DNA of 63,978 nucleotides, filler included, from Trichomonas gallinae (Eukaryota): NCBI GenBank assembly GCA_008369845.1. It is 5 parts of 5 records of this genome, joined end to end, with 100 filler letters (N's around TTAATTAATTAA, not from the genome) between each part and the next. Parts side by side here need not be neighbours in the genome. Positions count along the whole stretch, not along the records: positions 1 to 14,323 come from MRSU01000439.1; 4 more parts are not named here. One strand, 5' to 3'. Shown piece by piece: positions 1 to 9,753 of this stretch (position 1 is its first letter; each line of letters starts with the position of its first letter). The notes under the pieces were generated by a model. It saw only the letters and a program-made list of their open reading frames with translations, ran no database searches and was not told where the DNA came from. The position numbers and the translations under genes were made by a program.

Positions 1-185
1 ATTTCATTTGCAAAGTACCAATAATTGATAAGTGCTAACTGGGAGCCCATTTTTGGTACCTTTATGTGACCTTTCGTTTCCGACCTGACTTTTGAAAATC
101 AGTTTATTTTGAACTGACAATTTGGAAATTTTATTCCAATATAGAAATATTACATTGCCGCATTATATTAACATGTAACTTTATA

Positions 186-232
186 AAAAATATACGCCAC
201 TTTTTAAGCTCAAAAAGTGGCTGTATATTTTT
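186..232. repeat. Near-perfect palindrome/hairpin
   Basis: AAAAATATAC-GCCACTTTTT (186-205), spacer AAGCTC, then AAAAAGTGGC-t-GTATATTTTT (212-232): 20-bp arms with one bulged base. Confidence 0.85.
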
Positions 233-754
233 ATTCTTGCGTCTTCAATTTTGAATCATTTTAAGCATCTTTTTTTCATGATATAATTATAACTGTTTCA
301 ATTCAAAATTGAATGTTCAAGAATAATTTTAAGGGATTTTTCTAAAAGTGTCAATGTAATCAACGGTTCACATATTGGGGGCGAGGATGTTGTTAAAATA
401 ACGAATATGTTAATAACATTTATTGAGGTCATTATACACCAGACGATGTTTATTTACCGATATTCAGGAAACACCTTGCATGCCTGCACGCAATGCAGAA
501 AATTGAATATATTATTTTCGATAAATAAAAATTAAATTTTCAAAGAAATAAAAATTAATTTTTCAATGATTTAATGAATTTTAAAATTAGCAAACATTAT
601 CTATATAATGTATCAATCATAAAATTTTCAATACTATTGCAATTTTTTATATTTTTCTATTTTAAGTTATTATTGATTAAAAATAGTCGATTGACATAGT
701 TGATTCTTTTGAATTTAAATTATGTCATTTTACTTATTGACTACAATTTTTTAA

Positions 755-3073
755 ATGTTAAGTTTACTTATGACGCTTTCTCTGGAAGAATGCGATTTTG
801 TTTGGAATCCTAAATCTAATACGACTATCATCGGAGTACTCGATAAAGGAAAAACATATTGCTATCTCAATTCTTTTTTAATGACAGCAGATAAACCAGT
901 TGTCGTGAAAACACGGGTCCAACGAACTGATCCTTATCAAATCTATCTCAGTCCATTTTATGTGAGATCATTTGATATTACAGAAATTAAATGTAATTAC
1001 TGCAATATTACTATTTTTGGATACCCATATAAACAAAATAATGGATCACCAAATTTTGTTGTTATCAATCATGAAAATTTAGTTTTTGAATGGGATTGGA
1101 AAGCCAATGAAGGTGGAGAGGGTTCATTGGCTCTTTTTAATCCAAATCCAAGCAATGTTTCATTCATAACTTCACCTCATATAGATGGTTTTATAATCAA
1201 TAGGTCCAAAAATGTTTATGATTTTGGATACCGCCCACAACAAAACGATGTGCATGTTAATCTAACAATAAAACCATTATCTCAAGATTCTTCAAAACAG
1301 AATGAATTCATTGTTTTTAACTTGAGGAAATTCATAGGAAAATTGCCAGACACCGGTAATGCTTTCAAGGTTGAAGATCTAATAAAAGAATATGAGAATC
1401 CAGGAACAGTTGCCCAAGAAAATAGCACACAAGGACCTCCACTTGAATCAGAACCAGATTTAAACAATGGACCAAAACCGAACGATTCCGAAAAGAAGAG
1501 TTTCAAAGAAACAACTGGCTACAAATGCGACGATTTCATCGTTCCTGGTCCTCTTGAAATCCTATATTTAGAAAAAGGCAAGTCGTACTGTGCAAACAAT
1601 CCATACTATTTAGTCGCAGACAAACCGTTCCAAGTTCGAGAGAAGCACTACGTTGGAGGTCAATCATCCAAAATATCAGCATCGAAGATATATCAATCTC
1701 CATTTTACGTAGGTTCCGACTTCTCCGAAATCACATGCGATAATTGCTATATTCATTATGGTGCAGCAAGTTCATCAGATGTTAATTTCTTTGTTATGAA
1801 GCAGAAAGATTTAACGTTCACATTTGCATTACCAGCAGGTCAAACTACATTTTCAGTTACATCATTCAATCCAACACCATTATCAGTCAAATACTCATTC
1901 AACAATAACGACTTCAAAGAATTCTCCAAGAATGAAGATATCATTTATACTCAAGAACTTAATGAAAACAAATTTGGCAAACAAGCTTACATCCAAATTA
2001 AAGAAAAAATAAATGCATTTCAAAGAAGATTGCAAGATTATTCAGCCTTAAATTTCCCAGAGTTTGTTGGCAGAGTTCCTATGAGAGGCAATATTTTCAC
2101 TGTCGATGATCTTAAAAGTGAATTCTCAGCTCCAGGTACAGTCAACCAACAAAATAGCATACTTGGCAAAGGAGAAACCGATTCTATCACAAATGGAGAA
2201 AGTTCAATTCAAGACAAGCTTCAGGAGCTAAATGATCAATATAAAACTCATTGTGATGATTTAGTTATCTTCGACGAAATCACAAAATTCATTACTATTC
2301 CACAAAACAAATCATATTGCATTACATCACCAGCTGTTATAGGATCAAAGCAAAGGATCGAAGTCACAGTTTTCGACAATTCAGGCAATAGTTCAACATT
2401 TTTCAATCCAGAATACATTGGAGCATCTTTCTCAATGTTAAAATGTACGGATAGCTCTGATTGCAAAGTTCAATTCTACTTCCCATATATCGCAGCCGGA
2501 GAAAAATCAAGTTCATTCCTTGTTTTATCTAAAACAGAGGCTGAAATTCCAATCACACTCAAGAATAATGGCTCACATAGTGCAGTATTAAATTATCTAA
2601 GTCAAAAAATAACAAATATGAAAATTACACGCAATGGAGAACCAGTTTATTCAAAACATTCTGAAACATATGGAACACATTTCCTCCAACTCATTAACGA
2701 AAGTGAGACATCTAACTACAAAGTCATATTCACGACAAAAGTCGCAACTGCCGCATCAGCAGCAGCTGATAATAATAATGATGATGATGAGTGGATTCTT
2801 CCAAAAATTGTCGGCAGAGTTCCAACTTCTGGAACAGCATTTTCTGCCACAGATCTTGAGAAAGAATACGAATCTCCAGGAACAGTTAATCAAGATAACA
2901 GCGACTTAGTAGGCGATAAAACTCCACCTAAAAAAGGATTAGGTGCCGGCGTGATCGTAGGAATCATCATCGCTGTCATAGTCGTTGTTGCAGTAATTTG
3001 TGTTGCTGTTTATTTCCTCGTTTTTCGCAAAAAATCGGACAAATCATCATCAGAAGAAGAAAACAAAGCATAA
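755..3073 (+). CDS. Type I single-pass surface protein with three tandem ~240-aa Cys-containing domains
   Basis: Short hydrophobic N-terminus. Three units each start CD(D)F/L..KxYC and end GR/KxPxxGxxFxxxDLxxExxxPGTVxQxNS. TM GAGVIVGIIIAVIVVVAVICVAVYFLVF, short tail RKKSDKSSSEEENKA. TCATTTT about 30 nt upstream. Confidence 0.85.
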   Translation: MLSLLMTLSLEECDFVWNPKSNTTIIGVLDKGKTYCYLNSFLMTADKPVVVKTRVQRTDPYQIYLSPFYVRSFDITEIKCNYCNITIFGYPYKQNNGSPNFVVINHENLVFEWDWKANEGGEGSLALFNPNPSNVSFITSPHIDGFIINRSKNVYDFGYRPQQNDVHVNLTIKPLSQDSSKQNEFIVFNLRKFIGKLPDTGNAFKVEDLIKEYENPGTVAQENSTQGPPLESEPDLNNGPKPNDSEKKSFKETTGYKCDDFIVPGPLEILYLEKGKSYCANNPYYLVADKPFQVREKHYVGGQSSKISASKIYQSPFYVGSDFSEITCDNCYIHYGAASSSDVNFFVMKQKDLTFTFALPAGQTTFSVTSFNPTPLSVKYSFNNNDFKEFSKNEDIIYTQELNENKFGKQAYIQIKEKINAFQRRLQDYSALNFPEFVGRVPMRGNIFTVDDLKSEFSAPGTVNQQNSILGKGETDSITNGESSIQDKLQELNDQYKTHCDDLVIFDEITKFITIPQNKSYCITSPAVIGSKQRIEVTVFDNSGNSSTFFNPEYIGASFSMLKCTDSSDCKVQFYFPYIAAGEKSSSFLVLSKTEAEIPITLKNNGSHSAVLNYLSQKITNMKITRNGEPVYSKHSETYGTHFLQLINESETSNYKVIFTTKVATAASAAADNNNDDDEWILPKIVGRVPTSGTAFSATDLEKEYESPGTVNQDNSDLVGDKTPPKKGLGAGVIVGIIIAVIVVVAVICVAVYFLVFRKKSDKSSSEEENKA

Positions 3074-3319
3074 AATTATCATCATTTTGTTCAATATTGA
3101 ATTTAATCAATTAAACAATACAATTTCATGGGTGAAATTAGTATTATAATTTTTCGGTCTTTTATTATCTCAAAGGAGTTGCAGTTTTTTTTTTTCTCTT
3201 TCATAGATTAACGAAAAATAGCTTATCAATTTCATTATAAGGCTTGAATGAGATAAATACAGCTGATATGGCAAACTGAATTCCAATTCCAACAAATATG
3301 GTTTCGAAACATATCTCTT

Positions 3320-3810
3320 CTTAAATAATACCATATAGTGTAGTATTAATATATCTAAGTCAAAAAACAACTAACATGAAAATTACACACAATGGAGAAC
3401 CAGTTTCTGAGCAATACTCTGAAACTCATGGAAAACACTTCTTCCAACTCATTGATGAAAGTCAGATATCAAACTTCACAATATCATTCTCATCAAATGT
3501 AACATTTGCTTCAGATGATGAATGGATTCTTCCAGAGTTAGTCGGAAGAGTTCCAACAGATGGAACAGCATTTGTTGCCAAAGACTTTGAGAAAGAATAT
3601 GAAGCGCCAGGAATTGTTAAACAAGAAAACAGCGCAGTTGAAGTTAAACATCCGCCAACCCCACAACCTAAGAAAGGTTTGTGTAGTGGAGCCATTGCAG
3701 CAATCGTCATTGTTGTTTTACTTGTAGTTGCAGCTGTTTGTGCTGCTGTTTATTTCTTCGTATTCATAAAAAAATCTGAGAAATTGTCTGATGATTTAAA
3801 TAAAGAATAA
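3320..3810 (+). pseudogene. 5'-truncated tandem duplicate of the 3' end of the preceding surface-protein gene
   Basis: ORF 3376-3810 aligns with the last ~150 aa of 755-3073 (MKITxNGEPV...DDEWILPxxVGRVPT...TM). DNA similarity continues upstream of its ATG (tagtgtagtattaatatatctaagtcaaaaaac vs tagtgcagtattaaattatctaagtcaaaaaat near 2578), so the Met is internal and there is no signal peptide. Confidence 0.75.
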
Positions 3811-4101
3811 ATCATATGATTTTTTGTATCTGTGTCATTTCCGATTACGTATTATATTTTTGATAATCAAATGATTTTTTTTCTAAATTTGTTTCAATGG
3901 ATTCGTGTTTGTCATCCAAAAATAATTTTATGCTTGACATAAAATTATTTATTATCAATAGAAAAATGGATGTTGTACCCCAAAAATGTTCCAAAGTATA
4001 AACATTTGAATCAAGGCTATCCACATTGCGGATTAAATATCACACATATAAAATTTATATTTTCTTATATAAGTTAAAAAGAATTAATGATATTTCGCAT
4101 T

Positions 4102-5181
4102 TTATTCAATCATAGAAAAAACGAAAATGATGTTATAAATAAATTCTGAAATATACCGATATCCTACATTGCATAAACATGTGCATTCATAAAGTTTTTT
4201 AGTTTTGACATCAATGTTTATATTTAATATTGCGACACAGTTGTAAGTTGACAAGTGATAAAGAATATTTAAATCATTTGATGTTATTAAACAACTTGTA
4301 CTAAATGTTCCTCCACTTCCTTCTGTATTCAATGAAACAATATCCACATTACAGTTTATCAGATATAAATTGATCTGATTCCAACGAGCAAAAGGTTTAC
4401 CATTTCCATAAGGACGGAGTATTGTACAATTTCTTATGGTTACTTCAACTGCTGCAAATATTGTTCCACGATTTGATGCACCTTGAGAATTTCCTACAAT
4501 GTTACATTTATAATCTTCGAATTTTCCATCAGAACTAAATTCATGATACAAACACACATATTGCTGTGCATAATTTCCTTCAAATGTTGAAAAATTAATC
4601 ATTGATAATCCTTTAGTATGAGCCATATAGAAACCAGAATGATAATTCACAGAATTTCTAGAAATATTCGACGAAAAGATTCCAAAGTTGCCATAATACG
4701 AAGCAATCAAATAACCATTACTTGTTTGTGAACAAGATGAAATTGAGCATTCAATGATGTAATTTTGTCGATCAATGTTGTTATTCTGAAGATTTATGTA
4801 TGAATGAAATCCTACTCCACTTGTTATAAAAGTGTTCGTTGTACAAAATCTGTGCTGGACAATAGAACTTTGGCAATTGAAATATATTGCTCCTCCATTA
4901 CTATTTCTTTGGCATTTGCTGAAGAAGCAAGAAGAGTGAAGGAATTTAAAATCATTAGAATTAATAGATATTGAGCCTGAATTTTGATCTTCAAACGTAC
5001 TTTTGTAGACATATATCTCGTTCTTGTTCTGGTTAACGTTGCAATTTTTGCAGTTCTCGAATTTCTCGCCATCATAGGTTTCATCATAGAAATACTTCCA
5101 AACATCGATCGGTGCATTGTCATAATGGAAATAATGAATGAATTGTATATGATGTGTATGAGTTTAATGTGAATCTCACAT
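4102..5181 (-). pseudogene. Trichomonad GGAIY/beta-helix-like surface family gene with two in-frame stops right after the ATG
   Basis: The frame of ORF 4102-4710 stays open to 5163 (THTHHIQFIHYFHYDNAPIDVWKYFYDETY...CFFSKCQRNSNGGAIYFNC...). The in-frame ATG at 5181 reads ATG TGA GAT TCA CAT TAA. The protein ends in Cys residues plus a hydrophobic tail. Confidence 0.7.
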
Positions 5182-5273
5182 CAAAATTTGAAATTTCGAA
5201 ATTTTTGAATTAGAAAATATTAATAAGTAATTATAAGCTTGCATCAATATCATTATTTTATTATATCAAAAAT

Positions 5274-6854
5274 TTAGCAAAGCTTGATAAATGTGCATGC
5301 CTTCTCTGGTGGGATCTGCTGAAGGATGAGGTTGAGGAATTGTTCGATGTTCTGCTCATTGATGATCTTGCAGATCTGGCGGAGGTATGGGACAGATGGG
5401 CATTTCTCGTTGACGAGCTTCCAAAGGAATGGAACTGTGTACTTCTCAATTTCCTTGTCAGCCCACTTGAAGAACTCCTTGCAGACGTCGCATGAAATGC
5501 CGTTAGCCTCGATGGCTGGAATGCGGGCGAGCTGGTTCTGGCAGAAACCAATCTTGTTGCAGATCTCGATGTGCTCGAGGCCTTGTTCGAGCCAAAGGAT
5601 GATGGCCGGGATGTACTTCTCGACGATGCCAGCGCAGAGTGTTGAGACTGGGAATGGAATGTTTGTGCAGAATGTGGCAACGAGTGTAGCGATCTCGGAC
5701 TCGACTGTCTTGTCCTTGAGAAGTTCCTCGATGTAAGCAACAACCTTTATGCACATGTCGCAGACGACGCCATTGTCAACTTGGCGGGCCTGTGTGGCTG
5801 TGCAGAAGCCGATCTTTGTGCAGATCTCGCTGTGCTCGAGACCTTGTTCAAGCCACTGGATGATGGCTGGGATGTACTTATCGACCAAGCCTGTGCAGAT
5901 GGTGGAAACTGGGACTGGGAACTTGTTGCAGAACTGAGCAACGAGGGCAGCAATCTCGGACTCGACTGTTGTGTCCTTGAGGACTAATTCGATGTAAGCA
6001 ATGACTTGTGTGCACATATCGCAAACGATTCCGTTGTTGTTGCGGGCATCGATCTTGGAAGAGCAAAAGCCGATCTTCTGGCAAATTTCCTCGTGCTCGA
6101 GGCCTTGTTCGATCCACTGCATGATGATTGGTACATACTTATCAACGAGACCAACGCAGATTGTAGAAACTGGGACTGGGAACTTCTCGCAGAACTTGGA
6201 AACAAGAGCAGCGACCTCGGATTCGACTGTTGTATCTTTGAGAACAAGCTCAACATAAGCAATAACTTGTGTGCACATGTCGCAAACGACGCCATTGTCA
6301 ACGTGGCGGGACTTTGTAGCGCAGAAGCCAATCTTCTGGCAGATTTCTAAGTGCTCAAGGCCTTGTTCGAGCCATTTCATAATTTCTGGGATGTATTTAT
6401 CGACAACACCAACGCAGATTGTAGAAACTGGAGTTGGGAGCTTTTCGCAATACTTAGCAACAAGGGCAGCGACTTCAGATTCAACTGTTGTATCCTTGAG
6501 AATTGTCTCGATGTAAGAAACGACCTTAACGCAAGTATCACAGACAACACCATTATCAACATTGCGGACAGCAACCTTAGAATTTGATGATGCGCAATAA
6601 CCATAAGTCTTGCAGAGATAATTAGCGTCCTTGCCAGCGTGAACGTCAGCGAGTATGGCATCGATCTTAGAAAGAGCATCATAGCAGTATGGAATGTATT
6701 GTGAAGGCATTGATGGACAAGCTTTTTCTAATCCATCCTTAATATCCTTATCTGAAATGCCATCATGAACGGCATCGATGAGAAGTGGCATTGTTGTGTG
6801 ACACATGTCACAAGCATCCTCGCAAATAACAGAAGCAAACAGAAAAGCGAGCAT
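5274..6854 (-). CDS. Saposin-like (SAPLIP) precursor with six saposin B domains
   Basis: Signal peptide, then six CxxC...C...C...C...C modules (CDMC, CDTC, CDMC, CDMC, CDMC, CDVC). Domains 2-5 are near-identical. Strong C-ending codon bias suggests high expression. Confidence 0.93.
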   Translation of the reverse strand: MLAFLFASVICEDACDMCHTTMPLLIDAVHDGISDKDIKDGLEKACPSMPSQYIPYCYDALSKIDAILADVHAGKDANYLCKTYGYCASSNSKVAVRNVDNGVVCDTCVKVVSYIETILKDTTVESEVAALVAKYCEKLPTPVSTICVGVVDKYIPEIMKWLEQGLEHLEICQKIGFCATKSRHVDNGVVCDMCTQVIAYVELVLKDTTVESEVAALVSKFCEKFPVPVSTICVGLVDKYVPIIMQWIEQGLEHEEICQKIGFCSSKIDARNNNGIVCDMCTQVIAYIELVLKDTTVESEIAALVAQFCNKFPVPVSTICTGLVDKYIPAIIQWLEQGLEHSEICTKIGFCTATQARQVDNGVVCDMCIKVVAYIEELLKDKTVESEIATLVATFCTNIPFPVSTLCAGIVEKYIPAIILWLEQGLEHIEICNKIGFCQNQLARIPAIEANGISCDVCKEFFKWADKEIEKYTVPFLWKLVNEKCPSVPYLRQICKIINEQNIEQFLNLILQQIPPEKACTFIKLC

Positions 6855-7741
6855 TTCCCTTTTTTTAAATTTTGAGAGTAGCAGTTAAAAATTATTTTTA
6901 TTTATTTTTGATCTACTATCATAATTAAACCTAAATGCTGAAAATCAACCGTTTTTGTTTGTCAGATTTTTGGCAGATTTGCTCATTATAATATTATAAT
7001 AAATATTTACCGGAAATTTTTTAATTTTCATAACCGTTTTATGGAGATAATTCAAAAAATTAATATTTTATGGAAATAATTTTAATTATAGAATTAGTAT
7101 ATGGTATCGATTCATAATCCATAAAAATTTAAACATTTCGTAAATGTGAAATATTTTGCCACCAAATTCGTATTTTTATTCTGAAATCATTCATATGATC
7201 ATATTAGAACCAATAAACAAAAATTGAGGATTGAAATAAAAAGATAAAATTTATCATATTCAAATCGTATATAATTAATTCAATGATATTATTTTATTCG
7301 TTGAAAGTTCAGAATTTTTTGAAAAGAAAAAAGACGATAAGATTTTTTAAAAAATTTTGCAATGATTGATAAAATTATGTTTAGTCGCAAAAAGATTGTT
7401 AATTTCACGTGTTATTCATGATAATCAGGTAAAATTCGTCATTTGCAAACTTTGATTTTATCTCACTGATATCAACGAAAATAGTTGAGTTAGACACAAT
7501 GCTTAAAGGCAAAAAACGAAACTATTATAACATATAGTGACTTTCTGGAAAGAAGTCAACAAATGCATTTTATATTTGGATGATTTAGTGTTTGAAAAAG
7601 ACCTTTTTGACACTTTACATATCAAATATCAAGGGAGTCTCTACAACTTCCTCAACCTCAAATTGAAATAGAGCCAAATTAAAATTGATATATATATCAG
7701 TATTACTATTAAAATATCAAGTTATTTTTTTTATCTTAATT

Positions 7742-7886
7742 TTGTACAATTTAATTGCCAAAGCAGAGTACTGGGGGCTCTTAATGTTTACAGCACGGTG
7801 TGTAAATCAATTAATTTTGTGAAAAAACCGCCAGCTCTGCTTCGAATTGAGGGGCTATAGCTTCTATTCTATCCCTTGTACATTTT
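7742..7886. other. Small inverted-repeat element (MITE-like or structured RNA) flanked by 11-bp imperfect direct repeats
   Basis: AAGCAGAG(7761-68)/CTCTGCTT(7835-42), CTGG/CCAG and an inner TTTACA/TGTAAA stem. Flanks are TTGTACAATTT (7742-52) and TTGTACATTTT (7876-86). Locally GC-rich. Confidence 0.45.
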
Positions 7887-7903
7887 TCCAACTATTTTTT
7901 GTA

Positions 7904-8746
7904 ATGAGTGAAAACGTTGTGGAAGAAAAGCTTATTCCTTATGCAATAGGATTTTCTAACCTAGGAAACACATGTTATATGAATGCCACATTCCATTTGT
8001 TTAGCCAGATTCAGGATCTTGCTGATTACTTTCTAGAAGATGAATTTGCAGATTCTGAATATGAAGAAGGACCAGATATCGGTTATTATATGCATACATT
8101 TTTTGATGCTCTACAAAATCCAAAACATTCATTTATCAGTCTTAAAGATTTAAGACAAGCAATAAATTATAAAGAACAAAAATTCAATTCTTCTCTTCCT
8201 CAAGATTCCCAAGAATACGTAAAATACGTATATAACATTCTGAACGAACATTTTCCATTATCACCAATAAATTTACTGCAATTCCGATTAATCTCAACTG
8301 CAAATCAAGAGTATTCGTCACCACAAGGAATATTGGAGTTATACTTGCCAGAAGATGTCAAAGATGGTACAAAAGTTTCGATTTACAAATTATTCGATTT
8401 TAATTTCAAAGATAAGTTAATGGAAAAGGCTCCAAAATACTTACTTATCAACATGAAATTAGATGTTAACCATCAAAAGCAAAATATAGATTTAGATTTT
8501 CCAATCAATTCACTTGATTTATCCAAATATGTGAAAATCAATGAGAATAAGCAAGAATACGAACTTATAGCGGTTATGCATCATATGGGAAATTTCTCTG
8601 AAGATGGACATGATACTGCTTTTATAAAGAGACCGGAAGGATGGTTTTATTTGAATGATAAGAAAGTTATTGTTGATACGACAATGCCATCTGAACATCC
8701 ACAATTAGGTAGTGATTATCATTATTTGTTAAGAAGAAAAGATTAA
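7904..8746 (+). CDS. Compact USP (peptidase C19) deubiquitinase
   Basis: Cys box GFSNLGNTCYMNA, QDSQE, His box HMGNFSEDGHDTAF, WFYLND. First ATG is at 7904; the ORF track start at 7847 is a TTG. Confidence 0.9.
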   Translation: MSENVVEEKLIPYAIGFSNLGNTCYMNATFHLFSQIQDLADYFLEDEFADSEYEEGPDIGYYMHTFFDALQNPKHSFISLKDLRQAINYKEQKFNSSLPQDSQEYVKYVYNILNEHFPLSPINLLQFRLISTANQEYSSPQGILELYLPEDVKDGTKVSIYKLFDFNFKDKLMEKAPKYLLINMKLDVNHQKQNIDLDFPINSLDLSKYVKINENKQEYELIAVMHHMGNFSEDGHDTAFIKRPEGWFYLNDKKVIVDTTMPSEHPQLGSDYHYLLRRKD

Positions 8747-8854
8747 AACAACCTGTATAAATCAATTTGTATAAAAATCATGTTTATTCTCACAGCTTAC
8801 AAAATACACGATGTATGAGAAGTTCATTTCCTTCCCAGATTATGATGATTCACC

Positions 8855-8885
8855 AGAATTAGAGAATTAGAGAATTAGAGAATTT
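8855..8885. repeat. 8-bp tandem repeat AGAATTAG, about 4 copies
   Basis: agaattag agaattag agaattag agaattt. Confidence 0.9.
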
Positions 8886-9140
8886 TTCGATATTCATAAT
8901 TTTTAATCTTTGTGTTCTGTAGATTTTGACTATTAGTACAGTTATATCATTGCAACTATTATCAAAAATAGAGTAGTGATTATTTTTGTTTAATATATAT
9001 ACTTTTATTTTCAAACTTAAGTTGGAAGATGTGTTTATTAGTTCTATATGAGTTTAATTTATTCGAAAATGAATAATTGATATATGGATATAATATAAAG
9101 ATATCATATGAAGATTCATGAAGTTCAGAAAAGATACATT

Positions 9141-9299
9141 TTTATTGTAATATATCTCTGTATATAAACTAGTAGCAATCATATAACTATTATAGATATA
9201 TAGGGTATATAATATAGTATATATGATGTAGTGTTTGATTTGTTGTTACCTGCTAGTTATCCTGATAAATGTCAAATAATGTTTCCGAGAACGAAAAAT
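9141..9299 (+). repeat. Dispersed ~160-bp repeat, copy 1 (inverted copy at 36595-36756)
   Basis: atctctgtatataaactagtag...tagggtatataatatagtatatat...aaatgtcaaataatgtttccgagaa aligns with the reverse complement of 36595-36756. Confidence 0.85.
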
Positions 9300-9471
9300 T
9301 GGATAAACTGTTTAACTACCAGTCAAAGTATTTCATATGCATACATATGGATGTCTTCATTATACATATATGAGTTAATGTCCTAGTAGACTTAAACAGC
9401 TCAAATTTAAGCTGCTTATAACTCTAATAATCGATATATTTGCTTAAACATCTCTATATACTAAAGTGTTG

Positions 9472-9540
9472 AATATTTTTTGTACAATAAATATTCAAAC
9501 ACATTGCAATATATTAACATGGTATTGTACAAAAAATATT
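9472..9540. repeat. Perfect 18-bp inverted repeat
   Basis: AATATTTTTTGTACAATA (9472-89) and TATTGTACAAAAAATATT (9523-40). Confidence 0.85.
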
Positions 9541-9753
9541 TTTTTTTTGCATTTTTTAAACATTAACATGGTAAATTTATGGTGGATACCAGAAATATGG
9601 CATTACTAAATTTGAAATCAATTAGATTTTTAAAGATTCTGCAATTTTCAAACATTCATAAATTCGAAAACTTGTTTTTAAGAAGCAGAACTCGTTGAAA
9701 ATATAATTAATATTTGATAGAAATATTATATTTATAAAGAGAAATCAATAAAA

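Noticed and set aside
360..500. HIGGED resembling the Hsp70 HLGGED motif
   Set aside because: Only six residues match and the flanks do not align convincingly.
4824..5172. ORF-track calls 4824-5123 (-) and 4984-5172 (+)
   Set aside because: They are shadow frames of the real minus-strand frame that continues 4102-5163.
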